In this document: positions 25,901 through 38,358 of the stretch, piece by piece
Position numbering within the stretch: the stretch's first letter is position 1
Layout: every line of letters starts with the position of its first letter
Origin: Phallusia mammillata
Lineage: Eukaryota
Assembly (NCBI GenBank): GCA_965637545.1
Contig: OZ281496.1
Span: forward strand, 23,560,001-23,624,000
Direction: 5' to 3'
DNA: 64,000 bases
The notes under the pieces: model-generated
Told to the model about the DNA's origin: nothing
The model's input: the letters and a program-made list of their open reading frames with translations, nothing else
The model's database searches: none
Position numbers and translations under genes: made by a program

Positions 25901-28900
25901 CGCTTCCTCATGCAACAAGGTACAGCCGCTATAGCCAACAGTACAAACTTATTCTGTTCATACCTTACTTGCTGTCAACCTCGTAGCGTTTGTTGTGAAT
26001 TGCGTACATTTGTAATCCAAAACAATCACTCAAGCTTTTAACACTGTTGCGGAAAATTGTTATCCTATACCAGGGGTGAACACCCTGTGTTCGTACGGTA
26101 ACATGCGGTCTACCTCCTAGGAGATGAATTTATGCGGCGGTGAACGTACATGTATAAAAATAAACCGGAAGCCGTGAATAGGTTTAAATTATATTGTATT
26201 GCTGGACATTTAGTCTTAAAAACTGATTTGAATGGATTTTGCTGATGGAATATGTATCATACCGGGGCAGTAGCCATGGGCGCTAGATTTATTGCACGCC
26301 TACTATGTGCAAACATTTAAATAAACAGGCCAACAAACAACGTAACAATGCAAAGAGACGACACACACAGTTAAGACTGATTGCCAAATCGTTCAGCTAA
26401 ATCCATAGATGAAGTAAAAATGGACTTTTAGGTACCAGTAGATCGGATGCCCAGACAAATTTTATATCTTTACATAATTGATATGAAAACGATAAACATG
26501 GGGAAACCTGGCGACCGTGGGTAAAATAAGGACCCATGATGCAGTTGTACACCCCTGTTCTAAACTGTCAAACTAGCTTTAACACTGTTGTTTTATGCAG
26601 TGACTCTTCTGAACGCAACCAGAAGTTGTTGGGTGCTCTTCAAACGATGGCTGATCGAGTCGAGTTACCGGAAAACCAAACAGAACTTACTTTGACCACT
26701 GGTGGACTGACTGTACAGGTTAAAAACTATATATTAGTGCTATTACGTTGTCTAAAGAAATTGAAAAAATGCTTTGCGACAGCATCCAAACGCACACAAA
26801 AATAGAAAAAATTATGTAGAACTAGGCTCGCCAGTTCAAACTGTCATGTATATCTTAGTTTGGTATGAATATACTACGTCTACGTGTTTTTCTTATTAAA
26901 CATAAAGCCCCCGAATAAAAACTCACAATTTTCCTTTGAAATAAAACATTATGGTATCATACGTCCTTGGAATGCCTTGCCCAGTACATTGTTGTTTTTT
27001 CAAAAGGTTCAAGAAATGGAAAAAGACGGCGATGCATTTCGCCATGTTACATTTAAACCGCGGAACAAGGCCGGAATACCTTATGAACCACCTATAGCAA
27101 GCACCTTACCCGCTGATCTACTACAGCTAGCCTCTACGAACATGGGCACAGATGATCTTAGAGTTTCGTTTGTTTTGCATGAAACTAACTCTCTATTCCC
27201 ACCGGTGGAGGATAAAATTACTCGGGTAAAACAATAAGTTGAAATCTCGCCACGAGTTTGACTTCTTAGACCAAAATCTCTAATAAAAAAGCATTCATTT
27301 TGGCAAACCAATCCAGCAACAACCATCACGTCAAATTGATTAGCGTCTATATCTTTATTACAGATTATTTCTGCAAACATAAAAGGTTACGAAGGCCAGG
27401 TTAACAATATCAATGTTGCTAACTACTTCAACAACGTTTTTGAAAGGCAAGGAGCTGTTCCACTTGAATCGAATCCACTTAAGGTACGTTAGATACAGAA
27501 ATGCCAAACCAAGAGGTTTCGCATGCAACGTAACGTCCACACCACAGGCTGTACTGTTTGTTTTCAACTCCACAAACAATTTGAATTTTGCAGCCACGCT
27601 GATGGTAGTAACGGTACCAATCAATACGATTCTAACAGAATTATAACGCACTTGTCTATTTAGTTTCAGCCAAATTCTATTGTAATTTCACATACAGTAA
27701 TACAAGTTTATGAATGTTTTACAGGAAACCGTGACAAGGACCCAGTGCGTTAGTTTGGATCCCAACTTCAAATGGTCTCCTGATAAGTGCAGACTCGTAT
27801 CTAACCCAGGATCTGCACCACGCTGTGAATGTCAGGCTCTTGCAAACTTTGCAATGATTATTGTAAGTTGGCGTGTCACGGGCATCAAGGTCCACTATTA
27901 TGTTTTTTATTAAAAATACAACAAATATCGCGGGGTAGCCTGTATATGCGCTTATCCGAGACGATTTTTTTTTTAATTCAACAAAATAGGCAAGTTATAT
28001 ATCGTAAGCAGAGCCGTTAGTCGGGCTGGGCTTTTCGGGTCGGGTTTGGGCTTAAGTTTAAAAAAGGACTTGCTTGGGACCTGACATTTGGGTCAATTTC
28101 GCCGTATGCCTCAACAATTTCTAAGCCTATTTAGGGCTTTGTTTTTAAACAAAACTTGGTTTATGCCGGGTTTGAACTTTTGAATCCGAGCCACAGTTTC
28201 TTAGCCGCTTATTACTCAGATACCAAAGACTTAAAAATTTTTTGGGAAAGTTAAAAATCTATTCCATTCAGTCTTCGATCCTTGTCGAGCAACACTGAAA
28301 GGATTAATGACATATATAATTGATAGTAGGAAGTTAAGGACAGTGTATTTTTAGCATTACTTTTTGTATTTGAGATTAAATGGTGTTTACCGTAATTTTT
28401 TATTTTGCACAGAGATCAGTAGTTTTACCATCCGCAGCAGAACTAAATGTCGCTACATGGGTTGGATGCATACTTTCGATTGCAGGGTTATCCATGACTA
28501 TTATAATTCATTGCAGTGTCAAGTGAGTTTAACAGATTTCAAGAATTTAATTTACTGAACAAATGTTTCATTCACCAGGTCACATATATATTTGTTAAGG
28601 TTTTTGCCAAACTGTTTTTTTACTTTTTAACTTTACCAAAGTATTCAATTGGTCACCAATGTTCAAATAGGGTTTCAATCGCCGTTAATATACATATGCT
28701 AGTGAAGCCCAACAGTATAGTCATTGAACTAACTCATTAAACATTCACAGGAAGTTACGAAGTAAGAAGCCAACCATGTTTTTGATAAACATGTCGTTTT
28801 GTCTACTTGTGGTCAATGTTACATTTCTTACTGGATCTGGGAAAGTTGAAAACAGAAGCGAATGCTACATTATAAGTGCAATTTTACACTTCTTTTTGCT

Positions 28901-29508
28901 GGCAGCTTGGTTCTGGATGTCGGCGAATGCTTATGACTTATACAATGCATTGGTTAAAGTAAGTCTGAGAAAATGTGTGGGCTATTATTGAACAAATATT
29001 GGTTACTCACTTAAATAATCCTTGCAATTTCACACTGGATAACCAAAATGTACAAGTGCTGCTTTTCCCAAAAATATCCAACTACAATAGTCTAACCAAC
29101 ACACTTTTGAATATGTATATATCTGATTGGTAATTGCTCAATAATTTGACAACTAAAGGGCTAAATAGAAATTACTTGGGATTGATGGTGTCACTCTCAC
29201 ATCATAAAAAGAGCCAAAAGTCAATGGCTCTTTGTCAAAAACAAATCAGTTCAAAATCCTCAAAACATTTACATGACTAACTTGCATCAACAATACAGCA
29301 CCACAACCACAACGGTATTGGCAATCCTAACTTTGTCCCCTTTTGTTTTACAATCAGGTAATGGATAGGTCTTCTGTTAACATTCGACTAGTGTCAGCTC
29401 TGGTGTCTTATATTGCCCCCCTGGTAATTGTTGTGGTGAACATTGGGGTGGCAGTTTTGCACTCTGATCAACAGAACTATCGTGAAGGTATCGTACAGTG
29501 TAAAACCG

Positions 29509-29542
<34 letters not shown>

Positions 29543-31020
29543 TAATTTTATGTTCAACTGAAATATACATGCATCAACACATAAAAAAATACTTTCCAAG
29601 CACCAAATTTCATGACTAAGTTTTGAACATTATCAGTTGATTATAAGACAGACTAAACTACAATCACTGCAGACTGCAAAAAAATGTGACTCACCTTTTT
29701 ATTACAGATGACAACTTGTTCGAATCTGCATACCATGCACGACATATTTGTTGGTTACATCTCAGTTCACTTAACTACGGATTCTTGCTTCCTATTGGAA
29801 TACTGGCCATATTTAACTGCTGTCTCTTCGGTGTCATATTCAGCAGTCTGACATGCAGAAGAACGCAGGTAAATCTAGATATACATGTTTATATTGAAAA
29901 TCTAAAGACTTGTGTGGAAAACAAGAGCCCCAAAAATACTTTTTACTTTACTGCATTAACATATATAGTTAGTTTATACAAGTAAGTTTTTGTACAGTAC
30001 AATTTGTACAATCACAAACTATATGAAAATTACAGTGTTTTTATTTAGTACAACTCTGTGTCCTAAATGAAAGTTTTAATAATAATTAATTATATATTAC
30101 AAATCTAGTATATGAACACAATAAAATGTATTAGGTTCAGTCTTCTGCACAACAAAGAAGCACTTCACAGGATTTTATGCTCGCAATGACTTTGGTGCTT
30201 ATGTTGGGTTTGACCTGGTTGTTTGGTTTTCTAATGCTTTTTGCTGATGATGTTACCTATCAATCAGCAATGGCCTGGTTGTTCACATTACTTAATTCAA
30301 ACCAAGTAAGATCATAAATATATCATGTTACACAGATAAAAGTCACCGGTAAAAACAGAAAAATATAGAAATAAAGATATGTTTTCAAAATAAAAACACG
30401 AAAATCCAACCAAATTTGTTTCTATGTTAACTATTATATTTCTAATCTAATAGTTTGCCATATTCAGATAAATATACAAAAAATATGTTTGAAGGACATC
30501 TAATATCATGATTTTGTTTTTAAAGCTTTGGCTATGTTTTTTTTCTTCTGTGCATTGTAAACAAAAGAAATTAACATAGTGACAGTACCATAAACATGTC
30601 AACAGATAGGTGTATGCAATGATGATACACTATTAACAATTGCCTTCACTGTTTTTAGCTTCAATACTGAATATATGTGTAAAAAATGTAAAATCGTAAA
30701 CCAATAGTACATTATGATGACTAAGAAAAAAGAATAAAAAATAATTGAATAAAAATTGTTGAACAGGTTAAAAACTTACTTTCAAGTTTTTAATGATGTT
30801 TTATTATCAGGGGCTATTCGTTTTTGTTGCCAACTGTCTTCGAAATGTTGCTGTAAGAAGCTTATGGCTACATCCATTGATGAGAAAACTTGGGTGTGGC
30901 AGGTTCGCTAAAGTCCAAAGAAAACAAGGCATACGGCGAAACAATGACACAAGCACAGTTGGCACTGTTTCAACTTCTGTAAATAAATCACAAAACATTA
31001 AAACTGAGCCACAGCCTTAA
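5531..31020 (+). CDS. Giant adhesion GPCR: SP-CUB-CUB-EGFx69-HormR-like-GAIN/GPS-7TM, 88 exons, ~3,513 aa
   Basis: The 88 hand-read exons sum to 10,542 nt (3,514 codons including the stop) with consistent intron phases, from ATG 5531 (alternative ATG 5558) to TAA 31020. Three donors are GC (7575, 17312, 18724). Domain blocks are listed separately. Confidence 0.88.
9091..9353. mobile_element. Old hAT/Charlie-like MITE in an EGF intron
   Basis: Degenerate TIRs cagtggttcttaat / ggttaaaaatcactg. Flanks ttgtagag and tggtagat match at 6/8, consistent with a decayed 8-bp TSD. Confidence 0.6.
11477..20305 (+). repeat. Six tandem ~1.41-kb units, each with 8 EGF exons and their introns
   Basis: Units start at 11477, 12893, 14306, 15726, 17570 and 18982 (period 1412-1420 after removing one MITE). 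Exon size pattern is 111-114-114-111-114-114-111-114. Five-exon modules flank the array at 10582, 22037 and 22931. Confidence 0.93.
16733..17153. mobile_element. 421-bp hAT-type MITE inserted in an intron of EGF unit 4
   Basis: TIR TAGTGATGGG / CCCATCACTA, perfect 8-bp TSD ATGCTTGT (16725-16732 and 17154-17161), subterminal GATACCGAGTAC-type repeats. The empty site is visible in paralogous introns (e.g. from 13880). Confidence 0.92.
20360..22004 (+). mobile_element. Non-autonomous Helentron/DINE-1-like element (~1.65 kb)
   Basis: Starts (aa)CTAGAAGGGTGGCT and ends with hairpin GTCCCCTTC-agg-GAAGGGGAC followed by CTATAAT(aa). Inserted in an A-run without a TSD (empty site ...ac-aaaaa-cactc in the paralogous introns at 12808 and 15640). 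Internal ~103-bp duplication at 21009/21112. Termini are shared with 33582-34924. Confidence 0.75.
25223..27862 (+). CDS. HormR-like domain, GAIN domain and GPS of the giant aGPCR
   Basis: In-frame exons 25223-25330, 25402-25523, 25631-25771, 25846-25919, 26601-26718, 27007-27225, 27364-27483 (IISANI) and 27725-27862 ([41 protein letters not shown]). The HormR-like label for the two Cys-containing exons rests on position and Cys spacing only. Confidence 0.82.
26071..26557. mobile_element. Old hAT-like MITE in a GAIN-region intron
   Basis: TIRs caggggtgaacac / gttgtacacccctg. Flanks tcctatac and ttctaaac match at 6/8. Confidence 0.62.
28009..28200 (+). mobile_element. Decayed end of the CAGAGTTGCAAG hAT-like family
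   Basis: cagagccgttagtcgggctgggcttttcgggtcgggtttgggc aligns by eye to the left end of 57836-61108. Right boundary is uncertain. Confidence 0.5.
28413..31020 (+). CDS. 7TM domain and C-terminal tail of the giant aGPCR
   Basis: Exons 28413-28522, 28751-28958, 29358-29487, 29708-29868, 30135-30305 and 30811-31020. Sizes and phases match paralog A (110, 208, 130 vs 127, 161, 171 nt). Motifs [42 protein letters not shown]. Confidence 0.92.
29511..29540. repeat. (AT)15 microsatellite
   Basis: Perfect dinucleotide run in an intron, just downstream of the 29487 splice donor. Confidence 0.95.
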
Positions 31021-32014
31021 TAAGATATGGCAGGAACAATATTTATTGATTTAACTAACAGCACATGCATGAAAGCTGGTTGAATCTGTAAATGTGACAA
31101 GAAAAACAAAACGGAAGCAATACATGTGAATTGATCGGAATATACATGACTTACTTCAATATTGTCAAAACAATAATTGTTGAGCTTGTATACATTGCTT
31201 ATTTTTAGAGAAACTAAGAACATTATTAATTAATGTGCATCTATTTTTTATGTTTAAAAATGGTTAATAGATACAATGGGGTGATTTTAGCGTTATCTAT
31301 TTTGCGCACTTGTTAGTTGAATTTGATTAAACCATAAATCGTCTATGTTTGAACGACTTATCATTTGAGTACAGCGGTTGGTTGAGCGCAGTTATAATTT
31401 GAGTACAACAGTATAATTTGAGGTTTAAGCGTAGTGAGAAACAACAAATATACTTGTATACAAGTAAGTTTACACGCACAGAGATGAGAGACTTACCTTT
31501 TTTTCGACAGAATGTCAAAATGTTTATGATGAAATCAGTGACAATAACCTAAAAAACGACTAATGTAGTTAAATTCTAAACTTAAAGAAAACGGTTCGAC
31601 ATTGCCTGAATTACCGACCGACGAACGCCACAAAACTTAACATTTCCCGCTAAAACAATGGATCGCAGAAAAGAGCTCTGCATGGTAAACGCTAGAAGCA
31701 AAAACTTTAAACCAGAGCCACTTGACTCTGATTGAACAAACATGTGGACAATATAACGACTAGCGGAGGAAGCATTTTTAAATAAAATAAAATAAAATTA
31801 ATTAGATTGATATAAAATCTAGATCAATTTGATTGAAAACAATAATCTGTATTTCTGTTTGCTTTGTGCCTTGGAGTTTTCCTGTACTTCTAGTGACTCT
31901 GTTTGTTTGCCGATGAAACTGCATGACTTGACTTGTTTCGGGCAATGGTTGAAAATTTTTAACATTGCGTTTACGATAATTTTTTTCGACTGGAAATTAC
32001 GAATATTAAACAAA

Positions 32015-35000
32015 ATGCCAAGAAAAGCAACTAAGGCATCTAAAACTGCGAGTAAGGAACCGACTGACAATAATGTAGAAATGAAAGACGAAACTGAAAT
32101 CAAACCGGCTGAAAATGAAGAGTCCAAAGAAACAAAACCTGTGGAAAAGTCGCAAGATGAAATTGATTTGCTAACCGTTGAAGGTAGGGTGGATTTCTAA
32201 AAAAAGCGATAATGTTGTTTTTTACACAAAAAAAAAAACGATTTGGCAGCTTCTGAAACTATGTTAAATATTTTGGAGCATTTGTATCTGTATTAACGGA
32301 CTTGCTGCTTCTAGTATAGTTATATTACAGGTATCCTCGTGTTTTGATTAAAGTTTTATTTAAGTAAAACTTTTAACTTAAATTCTTAAATAAAAATTGC
32401 AAATGAAAAACAAATAACCTTCTAAAAGTTTTTTTTGTAATAGCACAGTTTATATTGAACTATTGAAGTCACGATTTTCCTTTTGCATTAAGTAATACAC
32501 GTAACTGTTACTTTCTGCAGATGTTCGAGAACACTTGATTCTCATAGAACGATCTGTAAACTCTAGAGAAAACAGGCACACTCTACGTGTACTTCGCAGT
32601 TTGCCTACAACCAGAAAAAGAATCAACAATAATGTCATGTATCGCCTTATTAGGATGTTTTTTAATGGGCGCCAACCAACAGATGAAATGTCCAAACTTG
32701 ATCTTTTGACATACATTGAAGAAGTAAGTTACTATTAGTTGGAACTAAATGTTTCTGCTGTGTACATATTAAGACATTACAACTTTTAGGATTGTGTGCA
32801 TTGGTTACAGCAGCCCTGGTATACAGTTTGTTTCTTTTTTTATTTTGTACTTTATCCGTAAATTAATCTTATGACTTTTTCACAGTCGATGGAAACTGAA
32901 AGTGAACCAACTAAACCATTGTCACGGCAAAACAAAGTTCCAAGGCTTCCAGAAACAGAAATATACATTTACCTTCTATTGCTCATATACTTAATAGATA
33001 ACAAGGTAAGTGTATTTTTTCCCTGTAAAGAAGACATGTGAAAAACTAAATATTGTGTTGACAGTCATACCCAAAGGCAATGAAGCTTGCTAATGCTGTT
33101 GTTACAAAACTTGTCAAAGAAAATCGAAGGTCCTTGGATCCTTTGGCAGCCAAATGTTACTTCTACTACAGCAGAGTGTTTGAACTGACTGACAAGTTTG
33201 AAGATGTCCGAAGGTGAACTAATGTTTGTTTAAATTTCCAATGCAAATTTGTTTTGTTCCTAAAGCTTTTAATATGGTACTCAATTTTGGCTAATGTTGG
33301 GTATTGTGTTTGATGCATTGGGATTTTGAGACACTATGTCAGGCTGTGTGTTATGAGTGAAGCCTGGTGGTAAATTAAAATCCTCTTCCTAAAATTTCCA
33401 AATAATTTTGTCCTCTGTCAAAAATGTAACACACCTTTTCAAATGCTTAAAGGTAAAAGATTTCCAGGTTAAAAACATATTAACCAAAGTACTGACAAAA
33501 CTTATAAATAGAAAACAATTAGTGTTCTGTTTTCACTCACATTAAACATAATTTAAGTATCAAAAGATTAAAAATCACCTTATTATGGGTCCCCTTCCTT
33601 GAAGGGGACACATCTTGATTTTACTCGATTTCTTTTTTTTTTTTTTCTTTTTTTTTCTTTTTTTTTTTTTTCTTCCCTGAAGTTTGTCCACCCCATTTTG
33701 CCCTGAAATGTTTGATGGATTTGGATGAAACTTTCACAGATGGTAGATATAGTTGTGTAGATGTGCCATCTGCTTCGTTTGTCATGATAACCCCAGTATT
33801 TACCCCGCTAGCCCCCAAAATGTAAAATGTGGTTTGTGCGCACCACAAACGTTAGTTTTGTGTGATGTTATAAAGGCAACTACATATGGTACTTATGTTT
33901 AAGGATCGCTTGGTGAACGTGTTTGCGGATAGCAGTGAAGGGGGTTGTTCACAGCCTTGTGACGTCACAAGTCATTACGGTTGTTGGTTAAAAGCCCCCT
34001 AGTGGTCAAAATTGAAACATTGGCCGATTTGGACAAAATTTTACAGGATTGTTGTTTGGGTCATTGTAGTTTCATATTTTCAACATTAGGGTGAAGAACC
34101 CCATCAGTTACCCCACTAGCCCCCTAAAATGGGTGAATTTTTAAACAGGGTCGGAATTGGCTGAAATTTGGATAGCTTGTACAATTTGCCATTTACAAAT
34201 GATGATTGTTGTGTTAAACCCTGTAGCCCCAGCATTGACCCCACTAGCCCCCTAAAATGGGTGAATTTTTAAACAGAGTTGGATTTGGCTGAAATTTGGA
34301 TAGCTTGTAGAATTTGCCATTGACAAATGACGATTGTTGTGTTAAACCCTGTAGCCCCAGCATTTACCCCACTAGCCCCCTAAAAAGGGTAAATTTTTTA
34401 AACAGGGTCGGAACTGGCTGAAATTTGGATAGCTTGTACAATTTGCCATTTACAAATGACGATTGTTGTGTTAAACCCTGTAGCCCCAATAGTCACCCTA
34501 CTAGCCCCCTAAAATGGGTGTGTTTTTAAACAGTGCGCAATTGTTGGAAATGTTATGCCATTTATAGGTATCGATTGTTGTGTTTTACTTCTTTGTTTTA
34601 ATCTAGACAAACTTTAAACAATGCTTCAATTGAGTCGATTTGTATAGTTTGAACTTTGGATAGCGTGACTATTTAATCCTAGTACCAATCACAGTGTTTT
34701 ACTTTACAACACCAAAGTTTCTTATGGTTATCTCTTGAAATGCAGTATTTACAACTTTGCATGTGTGGGGACCCATGAGTTTCTGCCTGCAGAAACAACT
34801 AACGTTTTAAAAGACGGTGGCTAATATGGGACCCAATATAAAATAAGTGAAGGAATTATATTTATGTTTTAAAATAGATCATAGTGTATGTGCAAGGGCA
34901 ATATGTGCTAAGCCACCCTTCTAGTTATCTTTGCATCCCTCAAATAAGATGCAATTTTTTTCTTCTTTTTGTATTTACATAAACTTGATGGGCAACACAA

Positions 35001-38000
35001 TGACTTTTGCGAAAATCTTGCTATTTTCAGTAAATATTAATTAGCCACTTGACAATTTATATAATATATATTTCAACAGTATAATAAGTGTTGACATCAA
35101 GAATAGTATGAGATAGAATGCAACCAAGTAATCCCTATTCTTTTTGTTTTACCATTTGATGGCAATGTCCCAAATATATACATGTATGTTTTACCATTTG
35201 ATGGTAATGTCCCAAATATCTACTTTTTTGCAGCATCTTACATGCACGTCTTCGAACTGCAGCTCTTGTTCATGACGCAGACACCCAAGCTTCACTGTTA
35301 AATCTGTTGTTGAGAAACTACCTTCACTACAACCTGTATGATCAGGCTGAGAAATTGGCATCCAAATCCACATTTCCAGAACCTGCTTCAAACAATGAGT
35401 GGGCAAGATATCTTTATTACACTGGTAAGTGTAGAAGTTTATCATGTGTACATTTACCTAATTTGAAACCTATCCAATTAAATGATATCCAGTGTATGGT
35501 GAGTTGTAGCTATGTAATATATTGTCTCAATGGTTAGCCTTGTCAATTTGTAAGTTTTGCATTCCCCATTTGTGCATCTTGCAATTGCAATGTGCCATCA
35601 GATTGACAGCATAAATTTGTCAGCAGAATATCAACATTTTTTCTTCCACATGTTGTTTTGTTGATGTTTACCATTTGTCATATCTATCATGCTGATTAAA
35701 TCAAAAGGTTTTTAATATGTTAAATTTGTCCACCCATCTTAACAAATTAGATGCTGAAATCAATTGATCTGGGGCTTTGGAACACAATGGAATAAAAACC
35801 AGTAGCTTACCATGTATGGTATCAGGGTACGACTTCTGGAAGAAGAAAAAAATGCGATACAGTACTGCCTAATGTGAAGCTAAATTTTATGTTATTTTTT
35901 CAATCAGTGGCAAAATTTCTTTACACAAGGCCAACGCATTTAAAAAATGTTGCTTTGTTTTGTTTGAGCTTGCTGATTAAGAGAGCTTAATGTTTGTATC
36001 TAAATTGCACAGGTCGTATCCGTGCGGTACAGCTTGAATATTCTGAAGCAAGACGAACTTTAATTGCTGCTCTTAGAAAGGCTCCACAGTCGACCGCCAT
36101 TGGATTTAAGCAAACTGTAAGCGTAATGTATAATTTTAGGCTTCTGTTTGAGTTTGAGGATAACATGAATACAAAATATATTTTGTGACCTGATAAATGT
36201 TTTTAATGCATATGGGTGATATCTTTGCCATGTTTTGTATATTAATTTTGCCATGTCGACCAGTTTGTAATTTTGATGTCAGGTTACCAAGCTTATGATT
36301 GTGGTTGAACTTCTTCTTGGAGAAATACCAGAGAGAGCTCAGTTCAAGCAAGCTGACATGAAGCGATCTCTGGCACCATACTTTATACTTACACAAGGTA
36401 CATTTAATCCAAACTGACTTAAAGATTGATTTCAACTGTTGTTAGTTGCAAGTAGTATGTTAGCCTTAACACTGATCATGTTGTGTTAATTGTTACAAGC
36501 CAAGCATGTGTATTATAATGTACTTTTACATTTTCAACTCATGTTAACTGTTTGCAAGTCCTTTGTTTTTGTGAATTACCTTTTTTAGCCTAAAATTACT
36601 CGACAAAAGGTTCTAGTTGGAAAGTTGCATCCTAAAATCCTTGTTCCTTTTAATGTACATTTGTCAGTTACTAGTTATGATACAAATAGATATTTAAAAC
36701 CATGCTTTAAATAGCAACCAATCCCACTAGTGGAGTAAAACCTTGGCATTGGCCTGGTACCATTAAATTTTGTTTGTAATACTGCCAGACTTGAATCTTG
36801 TTTTCTTTGTTGTGTAGCTGTAAGAACTGGTGATTTGCAAGCATTTAATGATGCTCTGAAGACACATGGAAAGGCATTTGAGCGTGATCGCAACTACACA
36901 CTCATTCTTCGAGTTCGACACAATGTCATTAAAGCTGGTGTACGAAGGATCTCAACTGGATACTCCAGGATTTCTCTCAATGATGTTGCTTCCAAACTGC
37001 AGTTGGATTCTGCTGAAGATGCTGAATTTATTATTGCCAAGGTGGGTTATGTTACTGATCTTTACAGTCTTTGATAAATTGTTTAAAAAAATCAAGCATA
37101 GGGACCCAGATTGCCAATTTTTAAAGAATATGTTTTTAGTGCTTTCAAAATTGATGCCTGAAACCAGTTTTTAGGTTCAGAACTATGGTAACACAGTTTA
37201 AGTGGATGAGACTGATTTATTTGGATTTTCGAGCGTGTAACGACTAACATTTTACATTACAGATATTTAAGCTTGTTGATTTTAGGAAATTGTTTAACAC
37301 AGAATCAGAGTTGATTGACATCCTAAATTTAAGAACAAAGTTGTTTTATCTAGCAGACAGCAGTTGTATCTTGAAAGGCTATATGCTACATAAGATCAGA
37401 ACAATTTGGATGAAAATTGATTGCAAATAAGCATTTTTTGCTTCTCACGTTCTGAGCTGTTACACTTTTGGTGTTGCCTATCTTTTTTTAATATTATTGC
37501 ATTGTAAATAATATACTTTACATTTTCTAGACTAGAACAACTGCATTTATCTCTTGATCTTGGTTTTCATGTTTGGTCACAACCCTTACAACTTTGTGTT
37601 TCTTGAGCAGGCAATTAGGGATGGTGTTATTGAAGCAGAGATCAACCACGAGGAAGCTTATGTTCAAACCAAGGATGTAAGTGACATCTACAGCACAAGA
37701 GAACCACAGAAAGCATTTCACAACCGGATATCATTCTGCTTGGACATATACCGGAATTCAGTTATGGTAAATGTAATTTTGCAGTTATCCAAATTGACAA
37801 CATTTTTTTTAAAGCAACACATGAATTAATGTGTGATAACACAGCACCCCCAAATATACTTAGTCCAGTGCCATGTATTTACAAAAGAAACTCTGTGCTT
37901 GCATTTTTGGTTGTCCTATTACAGAACACTTTTTTCATTTTTCCAGACATGTTTACTTTGATCAACTGGCCTGACTTCATTAAAAATAAAACTTATTTTG

Positions 38001-38333
38001 TCCTAAACTATTGTGCTAAACATTTTCATGTCAGATTTCCATTTTGATAAAACAACAAAGAAAGCAGTATCTCTTATACATATGCTTTCTAACAGTTTTG
38101 TGTTGTAACAATTTTTCCTCAAGATTTGTGTCTTGTTTTAAAAATTAAATTTAGTTGTATTGGTTTGGATATTGTATTTTCTCACATTAAAAAACCTCAC
38201 AACTTAGGCAATGCGTTTCCCACCCAAGTCTTACCATGTGGATTTGGAGAGTGCTGAGGAACGGAGAGAAAGAGAGCAGCAAGACATTGAATTCGCTAAA
38301 GAAATGGCTGATGAGGAAGATGACTTCCCTTAA
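32015..38333 (+). CDS. PSMD3: 26S proteasome non-ATPase regulatory subunit 3 (Rpn3), 10 exons, 518 aa
   Basis: Exons 32015-32183, 32521-32723, 32886-33005, 33065-33213, 35234-35424, 36013-36116, 36283-36397, 36818-37041, 37611-37766 and 38208-38333 sum to 1557 nt. Recognisable PSMD3 motifs: [88 protein letters not shown]. Confidence 0.97.
33582..34924 (-). mobile_element. Second Helentron/DINE-1-like element, in PSMD3 intron 4
   Basis: On + it reads tt|ATTATGGGTCCCCTTCCTTGAAGGGGACACAT ... AGCCACCCTTCTAG|tt, i.e. the same termini as 20360-22004 in opposite orientation. TT target, no TSD, different interior with a poly-T tract. Confidence 0.75.
34111..34530. repeat. 128-bp tandem repeat (~3.3 copies) inside the Helentron-like element
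   Basis: Units start at 34111, 34239, 34367 and 34496 (ccccactagccccctaaaatgggtg...). Confidence 0.9.
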
Positions 38334-38358
38334 AAATATATTAGCAGTAGGTCTATTA

